NCBI GenBank assembly: GCA_965153455.1
Contig: OZ234494.1
Coordinates: forward strand, 11,160,001 to 11,224,000
Origin: Sphagnum compactum
Lineage: Eukaryota
Direction of reading: 5' to 3'
DNA length: 64,000 bases
The position numbers and the translations under genes were made by a program. Positions 37,711 to 51,752 of the stretch are shown piece by piece. Below the pieces are notes generated by a model. The model did not search any database, was not told where the DNA came from, and was given only the letters and a program-made list of their open reading frames with translations. Within the stretch, counting starts at the first letter, position 1. Each line of letters opens with the position of its first letter.

Positions 37711-40700
37711 CAATGTTGGGCTAATATATACATTACCCCTTAGTTTCAATAATGGTATCAATGATGGTATCGAATACAATCCAAACTTGGTATCAAATGT
37801 TCATGTTTTCACCCTATACAATTATACCCCCCATATCAAATTCTAATTTTTTTTATTGAATACTATATTAATTTGGTATCAAAAAAATTTAAACTAGTGT
37901 AATATTCAATGTTAGGTATTCATGTTCCTCTTTCCCTTGGTATCAATAATTAATCATCCTCTAACAAGCATACTTGTGAAAGATATAATGTTTTTTTCAT
38001 AGGGTAAGTTTGTTTGTTGCAAGTTGATAGCTACGTTTTTTCTTCAATGTGCATTTTTATACAAGTAGACACCTTGTTTCACTTTCAATGATGATGTTTT
38101 ACTTGCTAAAATAAGTATGGTGTGAGTTTGTAAACTTTAAACCTTCAAGGCTAGTAGGTGTACTATTTGGATTATCATAGTCATAACTTTTTTGCATTGA
38201 AGGTGAACTTAAAATGTACACCATATTCAACATTAACATTGTCAAATTCTTAATGATTCATGTTGCAATAGACTTTAATGGGAATCATATCTGAAATATG
38301 GATGAGATTCAAATAATTTTTTGAAATGACTTCACTAAATTTGTCAGATAGAGAAAATGAAAATTCTGAATTCAAAAAAAATGTCATGGTAATGTCAAAA
38401 AATTTATATTAGAAAAAGGTCAGCATTAAATGACAAATTTAAAATTAAGATGCATTGAAAATTTTCTAATAATTTTTCAAAAAAATTTAAAATAGTAAAA
38501 TGCCATACTTTTATCATTTTTCTCCATTTCACATTCAAATTTCCAAGATTTCACATAGATTTTTTGACCAATCGCATGTTTAGTGACAGCTATAGGATGA
38601 TTTATAAATATTTTTGACCAAAAGCATAAGGGATAATTATAGGATTTATAATTCGATAATTATTATAATTTTTTTTTTGAATTCGTATAAGATATGGACT
38701 CTTCAAAATGTCAAAAGTGAATCACCTAACAATGTTTTTACCCCTCATAGTCCTTTACATGGGATCACAATGGAAGCATGAAAAAACACATTGAAAACGA
38801 ACATTTTTTTGTCCTAGTTCGTTGTACAAACAAAAATCGAGGATGGTTAAAAAATTTGAACATGTTCAACAAAAAAGGAAAAAAAGGAAGACAATACTTC
38901 CCCCTATAATCACTGAATTTTTTCTAGCCATAATCCTTATAAGCTAAATGACTTGAATCAACAATAGTTCATAGAGGATTTAATTTTGTTCACTGCAAAA
39001 ATGTACTTGCCAATGTCATTTGTTGAAAATCCTTAGTTGTAGCATCTCATGATTTGACAATGTGATAGAATGAGGTTTTTATTTCACAAGTTGCTTGTCT
39101 AGGAACACATCCTTGACATAACCTTAAGGTGATGGAGTGGTATATGTTCCCAATGATTGCACAATTTGTAATTGCCACTCCCTGTTTTGAACTCTAGATG
39201 TCCAAAATAAGGTTTGATACATTTGCACTTGTGATAAATTTTATCAATAAGGATTACATGTTGCGTCATGTTACAATTGGTTGTTTGAGGCTTTTACCAC
39301 CTCTGGAGCCACATTGGTTGAACAAGTTAAATCTTATTTGTTTGGTGAATATTAATTCACTAACAAGATTATAGTTTACATCAAGGATGAAGGCACAAAC
39401 TTGAGCACCCTTGTTATTTCTTTGACCTTGGTAATGTCCTGTGCACCATTGTAGATTATTTCACCTTTCAATGAGACCTATTTTGGGCATATGATGTCCA
39501 AGGCATGTCAATATGCCACAAATGATTGTGAAACTAGGGTTGGAATGAAGAAAGTTAATTTGGGTGAAAGTTAATCTACTTTATAGAAAACTATCACATG
39601 GACCAAAAAATCTAACAAGGGCAAGCAAAAGTGGGAATTAGCTTGCAAGGAAGTTGGCTTGAAGGTGAAAATTTTGAAAACATTTGTCAAAATTAGGTTT
39701 GATTCTGAGAAAGTTTTTCAAAAGACATTGAATTTTTTGATTGCCTCTATTATGGTTGCTAGACTTATAGGTTGCAAGTTCAAGTACCCACATGCTCCAT
39801 GTGCCCAATTACCGAAGTTGTCATTGAAACTTTAAATCTTGTGATGAAACAATGTATTTTGAACTAAACAAGGGGTTATTCGTTATGCTTTGATGTTTTA
39901 CTTTTAGCTTTTTTCATTTGTACAAAATTGCAAGATGAGTACCGAGCTTGAGTAGTTGTGAACTTACCTTTAATATGTGGAGAATTTGACCAAGAACTAG
40001 AAATTTTGTATGCTAGGATGTGCTTTGAGGTCATCAACATGTTGAACCCCTTTTTGGCATTTGTAATCATTTGAAACCTTATCACTACATACAACATGTG
40101 TGCCATCCAACTACATCCACATTTAAAAAGCCTTTGATGTGTAATGGAATGTACAAGTAAAATAAAACAAGAGCTATTGTAGAAAGGTATTATGAACAAG
40201 TTATAATGTCTTTATTATTGAAGGTGGCCAACAATTTGAACCTTCAATGTGTAGCAAGCCTTACCCCTTTAGCCTATCACATATTTTAATGATTCTTGCA
40301 AGGACTTAAAAAGTCAATATCTTTTTGGTGAAAATAAAAGTGTCATTATGTCAATGAATTGTTGTGAATGAGAAAGATTTGAAATTACCCTTGCAATGCT
40401 GAAAAGGTCACAAGAGAAAATCCCATGTTATTGCATTCCTTGCTTGGCAGTTTTTGGGTATTTCGAGAACTTAGATTGAAATTAAATGGACTAAAAAAAT
40501 TGATGGCATATAAACAAGTTTGTGGAAAATTTAGTTTGAATTGCAGAACTTGGCCAACGAGATGATCTTGAATAACTAGCCAAGTAATGTGAAAACATGA
40601 TGCGTTCTTTCTTCTGAAGGGATGGAGGAATTTTTTTCTTGTCAAGGATGTCCTACTTGATGATTATGAGGATGAGGTTGAGGAAGCTAGATATTTTCTG

Positions 40701-41401
40701 GATGATTATCAAAACCTTTAGAGTAGTTTTCACTGTTTTGGATTTTGATGTTGTTCAAATGTTAAATCCATGTGTAGGATTGATTTGGACACTAGGTGCA
40801 AGGATTGAAAACATAAGTCCATTGGAAATTTTGTGCACGTTGTAGCTTTGTTTGGATATCCAATACTCATAGGTGGCTATGAACATTGATATGTGTTTTT
40901 AAAAAATTGGATTTTTAAAAGTCACCATGATCAAGTAATTGTTTTGTGTGTATATGTAATCATTTCTACAAGTGAATGAAGGTACATGTGACAGAGCCAA
41001 GAACATTTCAATCATTGATCATGTCTTATGTTTTTGAAAATTTAAAATTGCATTGAACAAGTTTTAGTTATGTTTGGATTTTGATATGGAGGGACTAGGG
41101 ACTTACATGTGAAGTCGTGTCATCATTTTAATGGCTGATCATGTTTATGGTTATGTCAAAAGTGCATCATCAATGGAGGCATTATTGATACCAAAATCAC
41201 TATATATACTTATTGGTATCAAAGTCCATAAAATATATGTTGATACCATTGCATACACATTCCATATCCTTCAATTATATATACCATACCATATACATAC
41301 CATATTTTTAAATTCTTTATACCATTATGCATATCATATCAAAATTTTGGAGAACCTTATATACAAATATTAGTCAAATTGGTAACATTAGCCCAACACT
41401 A
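37711..41401 (+). mobile_element. Full-length but decayed hAT DNA transposon (~3.7 kb)
   Basis: TIRs CAATGTTGGGCTAAT (37711-37725) and ATTAGCCCAACACTA (41387-41401) match at 13/15. The 8-bp flanks CAATAAAC/AGATAGAC match at 5/8. Internal broken transposase peptides are VYIKDEGTNLSTL, YFGHMMSKACQYATND and TITWTKKSNKGKQKWELAC...KTFVKIRF (about 39370-39710). Confidence 0.75.
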
Positions 41402-43645
41402 AGATAGACCCACTTAGTGAATCTTTTGTGGAGTAACTTTCTTGGATGCTAGTGTTACTAGGTGCTAGGATATTCCACTAAAGTTATTACACTATTTATG
41501 TAAAGTTGGATATTCACATGAATATGATCTTTTTAACCATGTATTTACATCTTGATTTGTATATGTGAACCATTTTTGAAAATCCTTATGCCTACATGTT
41601 TAAATCTTTTGTGACCTAGCCTCAAGTTGACACCCTTTTGTTGGAACTTGGCACTAGCACAAGAACTAGTCATTTGTTAGATCTAAAATTGAAAATGTGA
41701 AAAACATTTTTGAATACATGGTTAGGTTCTTTAGGACAAGTTGTTTTTTTTTCTAAAAGTTGATAAGTACGCTGAATTTCATAGATAAGTATTAATTTGA
41801 ATTAGTTGTTGAACTCCTCACTTATATAAATTTTTACTTGAAAATTTCCAAAACTTTGCACCCATACAATCTCTAGCATTGAGGACTGTGTAATGCATAC
41901 ATGAAATTGGACTTAATTTTTGAATGAGTTTGGGTGTTTTTGAATTTGAAAGTTGTGCTAAAATCAAAACCAAAAAGGTTTAAAAATTGAAAGAACCAAT
42001 CTCAAATCTTCACCAAGAGAATATCCAAATAATTTTAAAATGTCAAAATGGAAATTGGAGGTTTAAAAGAAAAGGAAGGAGAAACCATAGAACATTAAAG
42101 GTCATTTTGCGTGAAGAGTAGCATAATGGGTAGTCAAGTTCACAAATAATTCATTTTGAGAAAAAAGAATTGAACTTTTGAAATTTTATTAAAACATATT
42201 GGTGATTAGAAGTGTTTTTATTGGGCAAATTATCATTAGATTTCTACTTTTTAAAAATGGAAGCTACCATTACAAAGGGAAAAAGAGGGGTTAATAAGTT
42301 AAATTTGCTTGAAAACTATTTCCTGTGTGTGTATGTGCGGGGGGAGGGGAGGGGGGCGGGGGCGTTCGTCACATTATGTACATTGATTACAATTTTAGGA
42401 GTTCCTTGAAATAATTTCATTAGTTAAGTTGAAGTGTGCCTAGGGATGCTCGTTGCTCTAGCTCCATAAAAAAATTGAAATTTTTTTTTGGCAACTAATT
42501 ACCAAGTAAAAAAATATACTTTTAAAATTAAAAAATACATGTTGTAATAATTGTGTTCAATTTTCTCTTTATATATATAATATTCAAAATTAAGGCCAAA
42601 CCTATTACATTAGTATGATATAAATTTCGGTAGTTGGTTAGCAATTTTGGATCATTCTATCATTCTATTACACTCATGCAAATCGGAGTGTCATTTCCTT
42701 TCACCAATTTTGGTGATATTTTAAGTCATATCCTTGGTTTTTTTAAAAATGTAGCTTTCACTATTGCTATTCAGTATTCATAAATTTTTTTTCATTTCTT
42801 GTGCAATAAATGTTATATGACACTCAATTTTTAATATTTCGTATTGACTTTCACTAAACTTGATCCATTTTTAGGATACCCAACAAATTGGAGATGAAAC
42901 TGCAAACTGAGGTTGAGATTGAGGTCAAAATTGAGGAAAACTTTGAATGTAACTCGATTAGAGTCATGGTGTCTTTGGGCCCTAGTTTTACCCTCTAAAC
43001 CCCATTTCATCCCCGATTCAAATGTGACAACAAAGTCATCAAAATTGGGTGCCATTCCATGAAACTGGTTATCAGTTCCAAAGATTGATGCTGGACTCTA
43101 GGCAAATCTAAAATGTGGGGTGAAACCTCTCCCTTTTTAAACTGGTGATATATCACCAAAATGCGAAATTTTTAAACAATTGACAAAAAAGAGAGAGAAG
43201 TGGTTTTGAAAGTTTTCAGTTGCCAGAAGGGAGAGGGGAAAAAAAAAGTAAAAATCATGAAATTCATATATTTGATTTTCATTGTGTAACCAAACATATA
43301 GAAGGATGATTTAAAGATTTTTGCTTTAGTTTTGGTTTATAGCCAGAATTGGCTAAATCTACCTACGGATGATCACCACTATAGTTACAAACAGAAATTT
43401 CGTAAAAAAAAGCACTATTACCAAAAGACACCAGGTGGGAAAAAAACTTTAAAAAATAAAAAGATTCAAAACCATCTAACAAATTCCCCTTGAACATTCC
43501 TTCCAAACCATCCCAGTGAAAAAAAATAAAAAATAAAAAATAAAAATAAAATTAAAAAAAATATATATAAATTCAAAAACATTCAAAAAAAGACTTCTCT
43601 CCCTTGAAGTTTGAACATTCTTGCCAAACAACCTCAGGTGAAAGA

Positions 43646-44023
43646 AACCAAACAAAACCAAACCAAACCAAACCAAACCAAACCAAACACATGGAATGGT
43701 TGTTAAAGACTAGTGCAATGATACCACAATTGTAAAAAGCTTCCGCACATCTTTTTATTGTTCATATCGTGTACATGGCAAAAATGACAATGTTGTCAAG
43801 TTTGGATGTTTGGACATTGGTTGGGATCTCGATCCATATAGCCCGAATGAATATCGTGTGCTTAATATGTACATTGCACAAACAACAAGTTGTCAAGTTT
43901 GGACGTTTGGATATTGGTTGGGATCTCCACTATAGCTTGAACGTGTACGTTTCATGTTTCACCAAAAGGCTTCCACCATAGCTTGAACGTGTGCGTTTCA
44001 TGTTTCACCAAAAGGCTTCCACC
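43646..44023. repeat. (AAACC)n run plus two short local duplications
   Basis: (AAACC)n lies at about 43646-43688. TGTCAAGTTTGGA...TTGGTTGGGATCTC occurs twice (about 43794 and 43891). ATAGCTTGAACGTGT...GGCTTCCACC occurs twice in tandem (about 43932-44023). Confidence 0.85.
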
Positions 44024-44546
44024 TTCAAGCTTTTTTGGACAATTTTTAAAAGAGTTTGTCCAAGAAGAACAAGCCCAAATGGTATGGACAAATATGGACA
44101 AACATGGACAAAGCTTTTGTGAAGCTTGACACTCAACTTAAAGTACCCAGCATTTTAAATGAGGCAAATCAACAACTAACTACTAACTACCCTTTGGCAG
44201 CCAGCCCAAAACAAGGGGATTTCACACATTTGAAGGTGGTGATGATGGTAGAACAAATGCAAAAACCTTTTTTTTTGGGGGGGGGGGGCACTAAGTGATT
44301 TTGGAATTAGGGTTTAAAGGTTAGGGTCAATGTTTATTTTTGGCCTGAAAAACATGATTTTTATACATTCAAAGGATTTTAGTGAACAAAAAATAGCCCT
44401 AATTCATCTAATTTAGAATTTCTTTTTAAAAGGTAGCATGAAAAAGATTCTTAAAATCTTTTATGTGCATATTTGGTCTATAACCAAAATTTGGTTAAAT
44501 CTCCTTGTTAAGGATTGGTTTCATCACAAAATTGAGAGAGGGGAAA

Positions 44547-44549
<3 letters not shown>

Positions 44550-44584
<35 letters not shown>
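44550..44584. repeat. (CA)n microsatellite
   Basis: Uninterrupted acacac run. Confidence 0.95.
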
Positions 44585-44585
<1 letters not shown>

Positions 44586-46200
44586 TGTAAACATTATAAA
44601 ATAGGGTATAAAGATTTTTGTTGGAAAATCCAAAAAAATGGCCCAAAAATCACCATATTATGAATTTTTTTTGAAAATCACCACATTTAAAAAATCAGGT
44701 TCTCTACAAATATAACACAATTTGTAGCCTTTTTCACTTTTCTCTTTGAGCTATAGCCAAAATTTAGCTAAATCCTCTAGTGGATAATGACCAACCCACA
44801 TACCTAACTAATTTGGTAAAAAACCGCACACTCAATGGGGGTCCGATGCTAGTGCTTGATGTCCAAAAACAATGCAAGGCGAGATGCTAAACACCCCCTA
44901 AAGCCCGCTAATGCAAGGCAAGTTGAAAACAACAAAGTTCACGTGTTTCTCGTGATTTGTTAACAAATTATTATAAGGTACTCTCTTTTGTGTATATCCG
45001 AATAACTGTGGCCCACATAAGCACCACCCACCGTTCTCGTGCTTGTGCTTGAACAGGCGGGGTATGTGCCGACCATAATTAATCCGATTCAAGTAATTGG
45101 CTACACAAATCACTCTCTATTCTCAACATATTTTTGTTTTTTGGTTTTTCTTTTCTTTTTTGGGAACAAATTTTTGCACCATTGGCAACAGGGTACAAAG
45201 GATCAATATTGCCATATTTTGAGGGAAAAAGAAAGGTCTGAATTTGCCATATTTAGACCATTGGTTTCCCGAGGTTGCCAAACTATATAGGAGGGATTCA
45301 TAAATTTTCCACTCTCCTCTTTGGATTGTATGTAGCCCACGCCATATTTTGAGGGAAAAAAAAAGGGGGGTCCAAATTTGCCATATTTACATGAGTATGG
45401 GTTTTAGGAAGTTACTAAACTAAAGAGGAGGTATTGTAGTACATGAATGGTTTTGGCATAAATTAAATTATTTTAGACTATCATTAAACATAGCAAAAAT
45501 ATCGAATAATTAATTTGAAAAAAACACATTATAAAAAATGATGTACACACATTTTTGCTATGTTTAGTGATGGTCTAGTGTGTTAATCATTTTTTATAAT
45601 CATTATTTGCCAAAAAATTTAGAATTAAGAAATCAAGTGTCAAAGTTAAGATTTAAAATTTAATTAATTATTCGACAGTTTGCTGCTGAATCCAATCAGA
45701 GAGTATGGTATTCATAAAGTCTTCTACTTTTTTCTCTTTTGGAATGTAGCCAAAATCAGCTAATTCTTGTTGTGGATGATCACCACCCACATACCTCACA
45801 AATTTGTTGGTATAGCCACAAAATTGCTGTGGCTATACCTTAATTTTTTTAAAACAAAAAAGGCAAAGATAAATCTAAAAATGATTAAAAAAGAGAAATG
45901 CCAGAAAACAGAAAACATTTTTAAAAATAGAATTAAAACAAGTCAACATTGTTAAATAATGAATGCATTAATGGGTTATTCTTATATTGCCAAAAGGTTG
46001 ATTGAATTTGCCAAGGGGTTCCAAGTGCATATAGTAAGAATTAAGTTGCAAAAGTAATTATCATAATGATTGAAACTAACATTACAAAAGACATTATATC
46101 TACAAATTAGTCACTATAATTGAAAGCATTCTCTCTCTCTCTCTCTCTCATAAGTGTTTGCATTGCAGAATATGAAAACACATACAAAGCCTTTTATGTA

Positions 46201-46270
46201 GAGCATCTCCACCAATGTTCAGTATGTGACCCAGCAAAAATATTTCTCACATCCAAGTTTCAGTTACTAA
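46201..46270. mobile_element. One-ended fragment of the same Harbinger-like MITE
   Basis: GAGCATCTCCACCAATGTTCAGTATGTGACCCAGCAAAAATATTTCTCACATCCAAGTTT is near-identical to 7690-7750. No matching right end was seen. Confidence 0.7.
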
Positions 46271-46999
46271 CTTTTTTCCTTTTCCAATCTCAATTGCATT
46301 CTGGCTACGGTTATTAGCTACCTCCTGAAAATACGGTGACAAACACCTCATGTTAAAAGTCCAGCATACCAGCCCACTGGATACGAATTGCTTACATCTA
46401 ATCACATGCCATAAGTAGCTTGGTATGCAAAGTGTGTGGAACTTTTGTGCATACATAGCAACAACAAGCTACAAATGAGGAAAATGGGCTAGGCATTTAG
46501 GTTTTCACTTAGATTTCACCAATTGTACTACATGTGTGAATGTTGTTTCGGTGATTGGTAGCATACTACGTGTTGATGGGCAAACCTCACCCTAATGAGC
46601 CCATATCTTCTCACCATTTACCACATATGCAAGATGTTCAATGGGGCGTTTGTTGTAGTTCATCACCCATTTCATATGGATTTGTTGATTTTCCTTGTAA
46701 TATTCATGAAAAGACTAGACCTCATCATTGCAAAAGGAAGAGATGGTGTTGCAATACAAACTATATAATTGACCTTCATCACAACTATGAAGTTGTAGAT
46801 GAAAATATCTCTCTTCTAAGCAAATCTATAAAAAGATTGCATGGTCTCTAGCAATGGCGAGATGCATGCAAATCCCAACAACAATTGCATGTAAAAAAAA
46901 GGCCCAAGTTTGTTTACAAATAACATATCATACATCACACCAAATCAAAAAAGACACATTAAACATGGTCATAAAACCATGAACATTTTTATTCAGTCA

Positions 47000-48360
47000 T
47001 ACATTATTTTTACCATTTCAAAACAAACAACATCCAAGGATTTGGTGACCAAATCTAACATTTGTAAACATCTACAAATCAACTTCACCTTTTCTAGATC
47101 TTATAATCACACTACAAATGAAACTTAGCCATTCAACATTCACAAATGAAATAACAAACTTTCCCAATGGAATCCAAATGTTGAAGATCACATTTAACCT
47201 CTCCAAAAGCCATTCAAGTTTTGCAAATGAGGTCTAACTTTTTCATATGATATTCAACTATACCAAATGAATTCTGACCCATCCAAAAAACATTTAGGTC
47301 TTGCAAATGAAATCTCAACCTCTACAAATGAATTCCAAGTTCTTGATATCACATGAAGCCTTTCCAAAATCCAATTAACATTTGCAATTAAATTCTAGTC
47401 TTTCCAAACGAAATCCCTTAACTTGTAACCACATTCAACCTTCGAAAAAATCATTCAACCTTTACAAATAATATCCAACCTCTCCATATGGAATTAAAGG
47501 ACTAAAAATGATATCTAGCCTCTTCAATTATAATTGTGGATTTGCAAAATAGACATTGGTGTTTATAATTAAGATACTTTGCAAATGATGGAAAGTTTTC
47601 CAAACCAAAAACTTCTATAGGTGAAAATTCAAACTATGTAGAAACCATTCAAAATCTACAAAATATAGACCAAGTTTTAAAGATGATATTCAACAATTAC
47701 AAATGATAGGAAAGTACCCCAAGCCATAACTAGCTCTGTAAATGAAAATTTGGACTTTATAGAAACCATTCAAAATCTACAAACTAGATACCAAGTTTTA
47801 CATATGATATTTAACATTTGCAAATGATGGGAAAATACCCCAAACTGAAAACAACTTTTGTGAATGAATATTCAGTCTTTGTAAAAACCATTCAAAACCT
47901 CCAAAATAAATACGAAGTTTAATTACAAATGATATCCAACATCTACAAATGATGGGAAAATACCCCAATCTAAAACCATCCTTTGTAAATAAGAATTCAT
48001 ATTTTGTAAAAACCAATCAATTTCTACAAAATATATACCAAATTTGATAGATGATATCCAACATCTCCAAATGATGGGAAAATACTCCAAACCAACTTTT
48101 GCAAATGAAAATTTAGATTCTATAAAAACCATTCAAAATTTGCAAAATAGATACCAAGCTTTACAAATGATACTAACATTTGCAAATGAATACGGGAAAG
48201 TACACTAAATCACAACCAACCAATGTGAAGAAAAATTCAAACTTTCCAAAAACCAATTAGGTTATGCAAAATAAATTCCAACCTTTACAAATAAAATTTT
48301 GGTTCTACAAATTATACCCAAGTTTCTCAAACCACAACCAAGTAGTACTACAAATGGTAT
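47000..48360. repeat. Degenerate satellite: ~20-bp monomers grading into a ~120-bp higher-order repeat
   Basis: AAATGATGG-like anchors lie at about 47583, 47701, 47822, 47947, 48070 and 48184. Upstream sequence consists of loose TTCAACCT...CAAATGA monomers. Confidence 0.8.
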
Positions 48361-50282
48361 TCAAACTTTGAAATTTAATTAATGCAATTTTCATTAAACA
48401 TCTACAAAATAGTTTTTGTTTCTCCAAATGAATTCCAAGTAATGGGCCTTAATTTTTCCCAATGAACTTCAGCCAATGCAAAGTTCAAACATAAAAAATA
48501 AAGTTCAAAATGGATTTGCAAGCTCAACATTTGCAACTTGGATTTAGTTGGAATCAACTTGCATCATCACAAACAAAGGCCTATATTGTGTCATGATTCA
48601 TTTGAGAGGCTCAAGCATTGACATTCATTTAGTCTTCACATTCTTCATAATTTTATTCCCCTTTGTGTCCAATATTTCAACTTGTTTAGGGTTTAGGGAA
48701 AAAAATCCAAAAATGATTGGAAGAATCAAATGACTAAGAAAAATCAAGATTCAAAAGCAAAAACCTCTTCACACATAAATGTTGATCAATTCCGGATTGA
48801 GAAGCATTTTGTGAACATCTAACATCATGATCACGTTTAGGAACATTTGAAAAATAGTCAAGATTTTAAAACTATTAGATATTAAAAAATCAATGAAATA
48901 AGTTGTGATGACACTTACCGTTATCCACGTGAGCTTCTTTGACATCGAAATTACATCTTGCATGGTTGCACCAAATCATCCTTTTCCATATCTTAAAAAC
49001 CAATATGACCATTCCAATTAAGTTGCACAAGTCTAGATTGCAAAATGGAGACATTGTAAGCACAAACCTACAAGAACAAAAAACTAGTTGACCTTAAACA
49101 TGGTGGAAACTTCAAGGTGGCCATTCTAGCTTTCAAGACTTGTGAAAAATTGATACATCGGTGCCCTCACTACAAGTACTAGGAATAATGATTCCACAAG
49201 AATTGGATTTTAACAATTTCAACTACATTCTTTACATACGGACTAGCAAAGAGTTTTGCACCTTGTGATGTAAGGGCAAGTGATGGAGGTTTTTGGCTAG
49301 ATGGAAATTGGTTGTATAGTGAAGCTAGGGAATGGCTTGTGATGATTAAGGTTTTGAGAGCAATAGAGTGATGCAATGCCCCCCTTGATTGCAAAAATGG
49401 ACTACATCATGGCAATATCGATGGACATAGAGGGCATGGCATGGCATTTTATTTGTTCATTGAACAATAATAATGGTGAAATAATTGTTTGGAATCCTAT
49501 TGTAGTTGTGCACTTTCATCCAATGAGGAAAATTTGCACCATTTCACCCAAAAAAAAGACATTGGTTGAGACTAGCATTGGGTAATTATTTGATTTTTTT
49601 AAAAGAAAAAATCATAGGTTGGAGGTATTCGGAAAAAACTTAAGATCAAAGAACCATTTATTCCATTTATTTCAGAAACCTCAAAAAACTACTAGTTCAT
49701 GAAAAAACCAAGGGTTTTGGGGCCAATAATTTGACATTTAAAAAATGAAAATTGTGGTTATGTATTGAAGCCAAATATTTGATTTAAAAAACCATGGTTA
49801 TATATCAAAATGTGGGATTGAGTTTTTCAAACCCACAATTATCAACTATAAGAACTACATTGATGCCCTAAACCCTACTAAACAACAATGGTTAAGACTA
49901 ATGTTGTGCATGTAAATATTTTACTTGGATTTACCCATTGGACACATATAAGATATATAATTTACACTAACCTATTTTTCTAAAATCAATATATTCTAAT
50001 GAAATACGTACATAAGGGTATGTAAATTCAAAAAATTATACCCAATTCATAACCCTTGATATATGTAAGAAATACCCATATTGAAAGTTAAATATGTTTT
50101 GGCAATCGGGTTTAAAAACCTCTAAAACTTTTGAAGTTTGCAAAAATAAGAGTTTCTATGTGAAGATGTAAGAGGTCCTCTCCCTTTGGCCTACCCACAT
50201 AGATGAAAAGGGGAGAACTTTGAGCAAACCAAATGAGACAAAAATTGAGGATCACTAACATATGATAAATATGCACATGTTA

Positions 50283-50392
50283 AAACACTTTTGATTCTTG
50301 CAAGAATGCATCAAACACTTTTGATTCTTGCAAGGATGCATCAAACACTTTTGATTCTTGCAAGGATGCATCAAACACTTTTGATTCTTGCA
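50283..50392. repeat. 30-bp tandem repeat, about 3.7 near-perfect copies
   Basis: AAACACTTTTGATTCTTGCAAG(A/G)ATGCATC is repeated head to tail. Confidence 0.95.
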
Positions 50393-50732
50393 TTCTGACA
50401 TTGGATTTGGCTTCTGAAAACCGTTTCAGAAATTCCAAAAGGTGAACATTTTTTTTTCATTTAAAAATAAATACATCTTTTTAACCCCAAAATGGATGGA
50501 TGTAGAACAAGAGGGGTGGGGATACCTAGCCCCCTACCCATCTAGGTACCAAAAAATATACTTTAAGATTATTATTGTTGGGTATACTTGAACCCTAACC
50601 TGATGGAAGAGAAATTAATACACCCTTATCTGATGGGTAAATATAATTTTAAAATAAAATGTAAAAATTAAAAATACTCAAGGATATATCAAACACAACA
50701 ATCATGTACAACACTGGTTAAGACAGAGGCAA

Positions 50733-51086
50733 TAGAGATATCCGTAAAGTCAGGAAAAGACAGCACCAGAACCCTGAGTTTGGTCATACACAGGGTGAGA
50801 TTTTTAAAAAAACCTGCAAAACAAGTGAAACTCAGTTTCACCCTGTCTGTCTTTCTTATTTGCCTGAGCGCCTCCACTGCTGCTACATATATTTTCACTG
50901 CTCCTACCTGTACAGCTACTATAATTCCTCTCGAACCTCGTGCATTAAATGCTGAGATTCAGCGTTTCGTACTGAGATTTCATAAAATTTCCTTACTTTG
51001 CCGAAACCACCAAAAGAGGGGTTAGGGGGTGAAAGGAGGCCCAAAGACGACAGGGTGAAGACAGGGCGACTTTACAGATATCTCTA
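50733..51086. mobile_element. MITE with 19-bp terminal inverted repeats
   Basis: TAGAGATATCCGTAAAGTC (50733-50751) and GACTTTACAGATATCTCTA (51068-51086) match at 18/19. ACAGGGTGA / TCACCCTGT subterminal motifs recur inside. Confidence 0.75.
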
Positions 51087-51752
51087 ATAAGTGTCAAAAT
51101 ATATCCAAACAAATGGGTGTGTCACATTGTGGCCTTGCCATTTACATGAAAAAAGTATCTTAAGGCAAAAGATGAATTATGGACACTCAAATTTTTTTTT
51201 TCACTATTGAAATAACATAATCTTCAAAAAAATCCTCTAAAAAAGAAAACCAAAATCCTTCAAGATATTATAACTCTGTGACTAATCTCAAGTTTCAACA
51301 CAAGCCAACATATCATCTTTCCAAAATCCTCCCCATTTGTGCATTCTGCACTTTAGGGTATGGTTTTTTTTGGTTTCTACTTGAGTCCTTTCTTTTCTTT
51401 TTTTCTTCTCTTGTTCCCCTTGTGGGGGGTGGTTTTTGCCTTTATTTCTTTATTAGTACAACAATGGTCACAACTCATAACAAGGTTTAGTACAAAATGT
51501 AGTTAAAATGTAGTACAAAACCAGTGCCAGTCTGGTCTGGTACAGTAAAGTGGTATTATCTGTGTCCCCACTAGCCCACTTAACTCCTTCTCTTCTCTTC
51601 TCTTCTCTTCTCTCCCATCCAGCCCAAAAATCACAACAAAAACGTGGGAACAACAAAGGGACAAAAAGAGAGGTGCTTGGTGGGCAATGAGCATGTTAGG
51701 TCATTAAATAGGTCATCCACTCATTGTGATGTCATTAAGTGCTATTTCTATC

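Noticed and set aside
44836-45100. CpG-retaining patch with CACGTG, GGCCCA and TATA-like motifs (possible promoter)
   Set aside because: The motifs are short and I found no adjacent gene.
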